Source: Nemertoderma westbladi
Taxonomy: Eukaryota > Animalia > Xenacoelomorpha
Assembly: GCA_032718475.1 (NCBI GenBank)
Contig: JAUCBJ010009057.1
Span: 62,001 to 126,000 of the forward strand
Reading direction: 5' to 3'
Length of the DNA: 64,000 bases
The notes beneath the pieces are model-generated. The model ran no database searches. It saw nothing but the letters and a program-made list of their open reading frames with translations, and was not told where the DNA came from. Position numbers and translations under genes: made by a program. Position 1 is the stretch's first letter. The number at the start of each line of letters is the position of its first letter. Of this stretch, positions 1 to 9,500 are shown one piece after another.

Positions 1-3000
1 ATGTAAGTACCGCAAGTATTGGTGTATCATGTAAGTACCGCAAGTATTGGTGTATCATGTAAGTACCGCAAGTATTGGTGTATCATGTAAGTACCGCAAG
101 TATTGGTGTATCATGTAAGTACCGCAAGTATTGGTGTATCATGTAAGTACCGCAAGTATTGGTGTATCATGTAAGTACCGCAAGTATTGGTGTATCATGT
201 AAGTACCGCAAGTATTGGTGTATCATGTAAGTACCGCAAGTATTGGTGTATCATGTAAGTACCGCAAGTATTGGTGTATCATGTAAGTACCGCAAGTATT
301 GTGTATCATGTAAGTACCGCAAGTATTGTGTATCATGTAAGTACCGCAAGTATTGTGTATCATGTAAGTACCGCAAGTATTGGTGTATCATGTAAGTACC
401 GCAAGTATTGGTGTATCATGTAAGTACCGCAAGTATTGGTGTATCATGTAAGTACCGCAAGTATTGGTGTATCATGTAAGTACCGCAAGTATTGGTGTAT
501 CATGTAAGTACCGCAAGTATTGGTGTATCATGTAAGTACCGCAAGTATTGGTGTATCATGTAAGTACCGCAAGTATTGGTGTATCATGTAAGTACCGCAA
601 GTATTGGTGTATCATGTAAGTACCGCAAGTGAGTACCTCAAGTATTGGTGTATCATGTAAGTACCGCAAGTATTGGTGTATCATGTAAGTACCGCAAGTA
701 TTGGTGTATCATGTAAGTACCGCAAGTATTGGTGTATCATGTAAGTACCGCAAGTGAGTACCTCAAGTATTGGTGTATCATGTAAGTACCGCAAGTATTG
801 GTGTATCATGTAAGTACCGCAAGTATTGGTGTACCATGTAAGTACCGCAAGTATTGGTGTATCATGTAAGTACCGCAAGTATTGGTGTACCATGTAGGTA
901 CCGCAAGTATTGGTGTATCATGTAAGTACCGCAAGTATTGGTGTACCATGTAAGTACCGCAAGTATTGGTGTACCATGTAAGTACTGCAAGTATTGGTGT
1001 ATCATGTAAGTACCTCAAGTATTGGTGTACCATGTAAGTACTGCAAGTATTGGTGTATCATGTAAGTACCGCAAGTATTGGTGTACCATGTAGGTACTGC
1101 AAGTATTGGTGTATCATGTAAGTACCGCAAGTATTGGTGTATCATGTAAGTACCGCAAGTATTGGTGTATCATGTAAGTACCGCAAGTATTGGTGTACCA
1201 TGTAAGTACTGCAAGTATTGGTGTACCATGTAAGTACCGCAAGTATTGGTGTATCATGTAAGTACCGCAAGTATTGGTGTATCATGTAAGTACCGCAAGT
1301 ATTGGTGTATCATGTAAGTACCGCAAGTATTGTGTATCATGTAAGTACCGCAAGTGAGTACCTCAAGTATTGGTGTATCATGTAGGTACTGCAAGTATTG
1401 GTGTATCATGTAAGTACCGCAAGTATTGGTGTATCATGTAAGTACCGCAAGTATTGTGTATCATGTAAGTACCGCAAGTGAGTACCTCAAGTATTGGTGT
1501 ATCATGTAGGTACTGCAAGTATTGGTGTATCATGTAAGTACCGCAAGTATTGGTGTATCATGTAAGTACCGCAAGTATTGTGTATCATGTAAGTACCGCA
1601 AGTGAGTACCTCAAGTATTGGTGTATCATGTATGTACCGCAAGTATTGTGTATCATGTAAGTACCGCAAGTATTGGTGTACCATGTAGGTACTGCAAGTA
1701 TTGGTGTATCATGTAAGTACCGCAAGTATTGGTGTACCATGTAAGTACTGCAAGTATTGGTGTATCATGTAAGTACCGCAAGTATTGGTGTATCATGTAA
1801 GTACCGCAAGTATTGGTGTATCATGTAAGTACCGCAAGTATTGGTGTACCATGTAGGTACTGCAAGTATTGGTGTATCATGTAAGTACCGCAAGTATTGG
1901 TGTATCATGTAAGTACCGCAAGTATTGTGTATCATGTAAGTACCGCAAGTATTGGTGTATCATGTAAGTACCGCAAGTATTGGTGTATCATGTAAGTACC
2001 GCAAGTATTGTGTATCATGTAAGTACCGCAAGTGAGTACCTCAAGTATTGGTGTATCATGTAGGTACTGCAAGTATTGGTGTATCATGTAAGTACCGCAT
2101 GTATTGGTGTACCATGTAGGTACTGCAAGTATTGGTGTATCATGTAAGTACCGCAAGTATTGGTGTATCATGTAAGTACTGCAAGTATTGTGTATCATGT
2201 AAGTACCGCAAGTATTGGTGTATCATGTAAGTACCGCAAGTATTGGTGTATCATGTAAGTACCGCAAGTATTGTGTATCATGTAAGTACCGCAAGTGAGT
2301 ACCTCAAGTATTGGTGTATCATGTAGGTACTGCAAGTATTGGTGTATCATGTAAGTACCGCAAGTATTGTGTATCATGTAAGTACCCCAAGTATTGGTGT
2401 ACCATGTAGGTACTGCAAGTATTGGTGTATCATGTAAGTACCGCAAGTATTGGTGTACCATGTAGGTACTGCAAGTATTGGTGTATCATGTAAGTACCGC
2501 AAGTATTGGTGTACCATGTAGGTACTGCAAGTATTGGTGTATCATGTAAGTACCGCAAGTATTGGTGTATCTTTTAAGTACCGCAAGTATTGGTGTATCA
2601 TGTAAGTACCGCAAGTATTGTGTATCATGTAAGTACCGCAAGTGAGTACCTCAAGTATTGGTGTATCATGTAAGTACCGCAAGTATTGGTGTACCATGTA
2701 AGTACCGCAAGTATTGGTGTATCATGTAAGTACCTCAAGTATTGGTGTACCATGTAAGTACCGCAAGTATTGGTGTATCATGTAAGTACCTCAAGTATTG
2801 GTGTATCATGTAAGTACCGCAAGTATTGGTGTACCATGTAAGTACCTCAAGTATTGGTGTATCATGTATGTACGGCAAGTATTGGTGTACCATGTAAGTA
2901 CCTCAAGTATTGGTGTACCATGTAAGTACCGCAAGTATTGGTGCATCATGTAAGTACCGCAAGTATTGGTGTACCATGTAAGTACCTCAAGTATTGGTGT

Positions 3001-3075
3001 ATCATGTAAGTACCTCAAGTATTGGTGTATCATGTATGTACCGCAAGTATTGGTGTATCATGTATGTACCGCAAG
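1..3075. repeat. 28-bp tandem satellite, left array (~110 units), continues beyond window start
   Basis: Unit ATGTAAGTACCGCAAGTATTGGTGTATC repeated head-to-tail. Nearly invariant over the first ~600 bp, then variants appear: GTACC, ACCTC, TAGGTACTGC, a 27-bp form (TATTGTGT) and a 41-bp form (+GAGTACCTCAAGT). Confidence 0.99.
3071..3075 (+). other. 5-bp target-site duplication GCAAG (left copy; also at 13638-13642; right copy at 27847-27851)
   Basis: GCAAG|TGTAAAGG at the start of the 5' LTR and CGAACA|GCAAG after the 3' LTR. The satellite register resumes correctly after the element. Confidence 0.95.
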
Positions 3076-4246
3076 TGTAAAGGCTTTTGCGGAATTAGCC
3101 GGTTATTTTCCCCGTAAAGTACTCTGTAGTTGGTTTAACAGGCATAAAAGGCCGTGTCCTTACTGTACTGGTGTTTTAGAGGACATAAAAGCCATTTCTT
3201 CTGTATGTGTACTTTAGCGGACATAATTAGCAATTCTATGACGCAATACGCCAGATCCTCTTGAAACAGTGTAGCTACCATGACGACGGCTAACAGCTGA
3301 GGCTGTACACGTGGAGCTTTTTCTTTGTTCTCTGTTCCTTCTTTGTTCGGTCGACCAATCAGAGCGTTTTTTGACTCTGTGTTGGAGATTGTATACAGAA
3401 ACTCGTGGAGTTGAGTCAGTATGTGTTTTTATCCACTGCCTAGAACACCGGCTTTGGAACCTCCGTGTTTCAGTCTTTAGCACAACATTAGTAGGCTTAA
3501 TTATAGAACGTATATCTGTTATCATAACTTAACTCACAAACCATACCAATTCGCATCTCATTAAACATATCAATCAAACTTAACTTAACATTTTACTGCT
3601 ATTTACTGTCGGTTATTCATTATATTTGTTAATGGAATATTATATTTGGAATACTGATAAATAATCAGACACCCCAATCTTCTTGATATACTAAAGGTTA
3701 GAGAGACCGGTTACATATAACGATTGCGACTTACATTAAAGTGGTTTGAAGTGAATCTAATGCTATTTCATAGGCCCTACATGTATTGTCTGTTGTTCTC
3801 TTTATATGTGACTAAAATTAGTGAAGGTCGGCAGATCAGTGTGCAGTATTGTGTATGATTGTGACTGATAACAAAGCATCTCCTAAAGAATGCGCCATAT
3901 ACGTGAATCTATAGCCATCCCGTTGTGTCTAGTTTAAGTCATAACTCTGTTTACATATTTAGAGCGCCACGTCCTAAAGGAACTGTTAATATTTCCCGAA
4001 AGTGAATAATATTTGTCAGAGATTATATATTACGATCAGTCGAATAATACAGTAGGCTTACACCGCAATACGGTTAGGCTTCCGAATCCAGTCTCCCGGG
4101 TATATCCAGCGGGTGAATGATCGCGCATAGACTGGCTTCGGCTAATGTAGTGTATCAAATACTTGTCATAGGCTAAAGACGATCTATTATCTAGAAGACA
4201 TCCCAATTTGGCAGGTTAAACTGCTAAAGGTCTGAAAGCGCGAACA
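3076..4246 (+). repeat. 5' LTR of A1 (1171 bp, TGT...ACA)
   Basis: Near-identical to 13643-14823 and 26666-27846, but lacks one copy of the 10-bp GTGCAGTATT duplication. Confidence 0.97.
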
Positions 4247-4257
4247 ATAACAGATAT
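4247..4257 (+). promoter_or_regulatory. Non-tRNA primer-binding-site candidate ATAACAGATAT (complementary to LTR 3512-3522)
   Basis: Occupies the PBS position directly after the LTR and has no TGG. Exact reverse complement of ATATCTGTTAT at 3512-3522. Same arrangement in A2 (14824-14834 vs 14079-14089). Confidence 0.7.
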
Positions 4258-4527
4258 TGCTTCTGTATTGCAGTAGGCAATAAAGCTGAAGTACCGGTTA
4301 ACTGGTACCTAGTAGGCCTGACTACCTAACCACCCGGACCGGTACCTACAGCAGTACAGGTACAGCAGTATTATTCGATTGTGATATTGTATACCGGTAG
4401 GCTGTTTAAGAGATTAGGGACTGTACACCCCTTGTTTCTTTTGGAGCTTACTTATTTCTGTCAGTTTTATTTATTTGTAGGCCAGTATTGAGCAGAAGGC
4501 GTGTAAGCCTGCTCAGATTGTACAGAC

Positions 4528-5105
4528 AATTTGTAGGCTGGACTGTTGTCTGACTGTTGTTAAGTCTGAAGGGACTGTAGTGTGTGTAGAGCGTATGTCC
4601 AAAAAAGTACTAGTTAGGAAAGTAGGGGCTGCCAGTGCTGTGAGGTGAACCCCATCGAAAGAATAAGTCGTACTACTCGGTTAGAACGCATACTAACTAA
4701 CCATTTCGGAGTCTGCATATACTGTAGTGTATTTAGGCTTGATAGCAGTCTGCCAGCGTTTGGTCTGTACTTTGTTTGTGTAGTCTGTACGGGTAGCATA
4801 ATATTCTTATTTAGATAATTTGTAGGCTGGATTTTGCCTGGCTGTTATTAGGTCTGAAGGGATTTCGGTGTGTGTAGAGTGTATGTCCGATAAAGTGCCA
4901 GTTGGGAACGTAGGGGCTTCCAGAGCTGTGAGGTAAACCCCCTCGAAAGAATAAGTCGTACTTCTCGGTTAGAACGCATACTAACTAACCATTTCGGAGT
5001 CTGCATATACCGTAGTTTGTTTAGGCTTGATAGTAGTCTGTCAGTATTTGGTCTGCATTTTGTTTGAGTAGTCTGTACTCGTAGCGTAATATTTATTATT
5101 CAGAG
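4528..5105 (+). repeat. Diverged ~289-bp tandem duplication in the 5' leader
   Basis: AATTTGTAGGCTGGA...GAAAGAATAAGTCGTAC...GCATACTAACTAACCATTTCGGAGTCTGCATATAC recurs, starting at ~4528 and ~4817. Confidence 0.9.
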
Positions 5106-6039
5106 TTTATGCGATTATTCGCAACATTCATATCCCCAAGTTTATTCCTACAGTAATTGTGCTTGTTATATATACCGTTATAGTTAAACTAACCCCGGTA
5201 CTACATCAGGGCTGCTTGGCGTAGGTAAAGACTGGTGATTTTGTGCCCCGGTCACTCCATCAGATACCGTGGTTCTTTTAGCTGTTCAAGTATTTTTAAC
5301 TACTGATTATTGTTGTATAAGTACTTGAACCTAATTTAGGGTTTAGTGTACAGTACTTTCCGAAGGTGATTAGTGTGTAGGCAGTATATTTGTGTTGTAA
5401 AGTGGTTAATAGGCACGTTGGTTCTGGTAGACCGCGGTAATTAACTTCTAGGTAGGAACACTCCGTGATACATAACGTAGTACTTATAGCGATACGGCTA
5501 TAAGTCGTCAGACGGTGGTATTTTCCTATCTGGACAACGCAGTATATTTACTACTACTTATTATTTTCAAATACCGTAGTAACCTGTCCGTTGTAATAAC
5601 CAGATATTCTAACCCTTTGTTAGACTGGTTTGTAGACTTCTTGTAAAATTACCCTAAAAATTCGTACTTGTAATTTTTGTGTTTATTTAGAGATTGTAAT
5701 CTCACCCAGAATTGTACGTAATTTGTAGTATTAAGTAACTTAGGTAAATTAGAATTATTTGTTTTAGTGTCCAACAAGTAGCACTCCACTGAGAGCGCAC
5801 AGCTTCTGTGTAGTGACTCCCCCCAGAAATAATAACATTTATTTCAAATATTGACAAAAACCCATTTTAACGGGTATATATATTATAAATCAACTCAAAC
5901 AATTTATAAATAGTAGGCCTGCCATACAACAATTAGGTCTCGATATCAGTTGGACTACTGCTCAAATAACGGTAATAAAGTAAGTTGAAGTAACAAAGTA
6001 ACCCTAAATTTCAGAAATTCAGTTATTCTAAAATAATTG

Positions 6040-6410
6040 ACATACCGGTATTTACCATAGGCTTATTATATTTATTTCTATAAATTTAGGCTGAAATCAT
6101 ACCGGTATTCTGTGACAAATCTAGTCTGTAATTATACTTATATATATACTATAAGTGTAAGCTGTATACCGGTATTCACGATAGGCCTATTATATATTTA
6201 TAAATTTAGGCTGAAATTATACCGGTATTCTGTAATTAGTTCTAGTCCATAATTATACTTATATATACTATAAGTGTAAGCTGTATACCGGTATTCACAA
6301 TAGGCCTTTTATATATTTATATATACTTGTGCTGGAATTACATACCGGTATTCTGTGACAAACCTAGTCTGTAATAATACTTATATATACTATAAGCATA
6401 CCGGTATCCT
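6040..6410 (+). repeat. ~120-bp AT-rich tandem repeat (3 copies), each containing two TACCGGTA palindromes, upstream of the gag start
   Basis: TACCGGTATT recurs about every 55-65 bp with alternating flanks (…TAGGC…TTATATATTTAT…; …CTAGTC…TATACTTATATATACTATAAG). Confidence 0.88.
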
Positions 6411-6543
6411 AATATATTATATATATATCACGCTACACTGAGTAGCAGTATCGGTAATTAATTACTAGGCTAACGGTGATACTGAATTACTAGACTCGCT
6501 TAAACTGTAATATAGCAGTAGGCATTCAACTGTACAAACCAAC

Positions 6544-9500
6544 ATGTCTGACACAAAGGAAAACCTGTCAGACAGTCTCCTAGATACAACCATATGTGAC
6601 CCAGACAGGAGTGTGGAACGTGTAGGACCGAAGTTCAACTCACCTCCTACTGTAAGAAAGATCATCCCTCTCGTAGTAATATCAGACCCTAGGCTAGTCC
6701 AACATCGTAGGTCTATCATAGGCACTCGAGCTCAGGTCAAGCGGGACCAAGAAGCAGCGGAACAGCAACAACCCGCGAGCCGAGAACTTATTTCCCAGCG
6801 GCCCGGCAGCTCCAGTAGTGAGGATACTGTGGAGCTGACACCCGAGCGCGGAGCAAAGATGACGGATGCGGTTTATTCGGATCCCCTTCTCATCCTTCCT
6901 GCAGCCGTACTCACTAGGGTATTGATTGCAGTGGAAGAACACCAGATTGATTGGGCGAGAAGTAAGCGATCGACCAAGGATAGTTATGCGGGATACACAA
7001 GGGAAGAACTGAAGTCTATTGTCGAGTCGCAATGGAACTTCCCCGGACCCGGACTCCCGTTTGACTTATCGGAAGCTGCCTGGGAAGACATACACAGGAT
7101 GGGAGTAACAAAAGAAACCATCGATCCAGCTGTGTGGAAGAGGTCAGCAGCAGGATACGTACAGGGATTCTTCAGCTCTATGGAGCGATTAAAGGAACAA
7201 CTGTTTCAACAACCCCAAGGACCTCAAGAGCAGGGACAGCTGCTTTATAGAAAGAATTCTGTGAATCAGGCTAATCTTATCGGCCTTTGAGGAGGCTTCT
7301 AAAAGAAGACAAGACACGTCGTTGCAAGTTGCCGTAAAGACTTGGTTTCAACGGGTGAGTCTCCAGGTTCAAGGAACGGCTCAGTGGAAAGCTCAACTGG
7401 ATGAGCGCTCAACCCATGGAGAATCAACAGACGCTACATTTTCCCAAGTGGAAAGTGAAGCGACAGCAGAGAAACCGCATAAGAGGGATGCTATTGACAT
7501 CTATCTGTCGGACTATCAACGTTTTGTAGGAGATGAAGAGTTGAGGAGAAGACTAGAGGGACTTAGCCCTAATAGTGAAGGAGCCAAGCTTGTGTTGGAC
7601 GCAATCGATGTGGATAGGTTAGCTGCAAACCAAGCTAAATTCAATGAAAGCATCCGCATCGCTAAGGTTCAAGAAGAACAAGTAAAGAAAAAACGTATAG
7701 ATGATAGAAAGACAGCAGCAGCGGCAGTGGCAGCGGCAGAAGCGGAAAGAAAAGCGGCCGAAGCGGAAAGAAAGCTAGCAGCGGCAGAAGCGGAAAGAAA
7801 AGCGGCCGAAGCGGAAAGAAAGCTAGCAGCGGCAGAAGCGGAAAGAAAAGTGGCCGAAGTGGAAAGAAAGCTAGCAGTGGCAGAAGCAGAACGGAGGGCA
7901 TCTGAAGAGACAACCCAACTAGAGTTGGAAAATCTTCAAGAGAGGCAAGACAACTTCAATAAACAGTTAACAGCTAGTAATATGCAGATGATGAGTCGAT
8001 CTACTCCCAAAAGACAGGGATATACATCATCTGAGGAAGGCGATACCACCGATACTGAAGGTGGAGGAAATAGATCTCGTCTCAGCAGACGTAGAAGAAT
8101 GTCCCACCGTCAGAAATTGCCTGATTTGCCCCCAGCTGTTCGAAAACAACTAGTTAGCACAGACTTAGGCAGTACAGAACCCCTAGACCAAATTATTAAA
8201 ATAGACAGACTCCCTACTATAGTAGATGAGCCTGAAATAATTAGGCCTGTTCTCGAAGCCACCACTTTGGTGATAGAGACACCTGTACTCCCAAAACCTA
8301 CCTCTAGATTCCCTTTGCATAGCACTAAGCTACCTGTGCCCAGCAGAACAGCCCAAGAGACAGTTCATGTCCTGGACTCCGAGCGAAATATTAATGATTT
8401 GTCGCCCGTTGTCCCTCGTCCGCCCGCTACAACGTTGGCGGCTCCCGCTTCGGCGGTCGTGTGGGTGGATGAGAGACGGCGGGGGATGGATCTCCTGCTC
8501 GGGCAGATGCAGGAGACTGTTAAGCAGTTCAAGGGCACAGTAAGGGAAAGTAGGTTAGAGTTGCAAGAAGTGCAGCAAAGTATCGCATTAGAACGCGATA
8601 AATTAGTAAATACACAAAAGGGTATACCACCACCCCCGGTAACAATGTGTCAACCTGTTAGGTCTGAAGTATTTCATGCGCAAGGTGTGGAGCCTACACG
8701 CATCTATACTGCTAGCGAAGTAGAAACTCCTATAGTGAACCCTATTAAGGGTAATTATAAACCTGTTGATAATGATATTCCCTATAGACCTGATCATAAT
8801 CCTAGAAATTTATATACCGATAACTCGATATTAAATAACACGATGGCCCAAGAAAGTTTTACGCGTCAAATGGCTAGAACCGAAGCCCGTCAAGCGGTAA
8901 AGGTGGGAGAGATAGTCAAGTTCAATGGAGATGAGATGAAATGGTTACCTTTTAATGAATATTATAAAGATAACATACAGAACTCTGTACTATCTAATGG
9001 AGAGAAACTTAGATTCCTCATCGAGTGCTTGGAAGGATCTCCCAAGTTAATGGCGTTAAAGTTTATTGGACATCCAGACGGATTAAGACAAGTTTGGGAT
9101 ACACTAAACATCAGGTATGGTAATAGGAATAACATAGCTAAATATTTGTATGCAAAATTAGTAGCGCCCCGAAAGTTCATTAGCAGTGGGATAATAGAGT
9201 TTTCCGATGAGATTCAAGAGATCTGTAGACAATTAGATTGGTTAGGTAAGTCTCATGAATATCAGAGTTCTATGGTCATTGGAGCCGTGGCTTCTACTTT
9301 ACCGAAGGGTGGAGTAGGTACACGCTGGGATAAGAAAGTGTTATATATGATGGAACAACAACGACGAGACCCTACCATGGCTGATCTCATGTCATTCTTA
9401 GATGGAGAAGTGAAATTACAGCTCCTAAAACAGTCCAGAGAGAAGACACCGGAAAACAAGGTAAGTGAGAAACCCGTTTCTAGGAGAAAGGTAACACCAG

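Noticed and set aside
1-3075. Telomerase-made long telomeric repeat (TTGGTGTA resembles budding-yeast telomere units)
   Set aside because: BEL/Pao elements point to an animal host. The arrays are interstitial, with block duplications typical of satellites, and nothing shows a chromosome end here.
2966-3532. Short ORFs in the LTRs (also 13533-14491 and 26804-27514)
   Set aside because: Short, no recognisable motifs, some start in satellite, and they recur only because the LTR is repeated.
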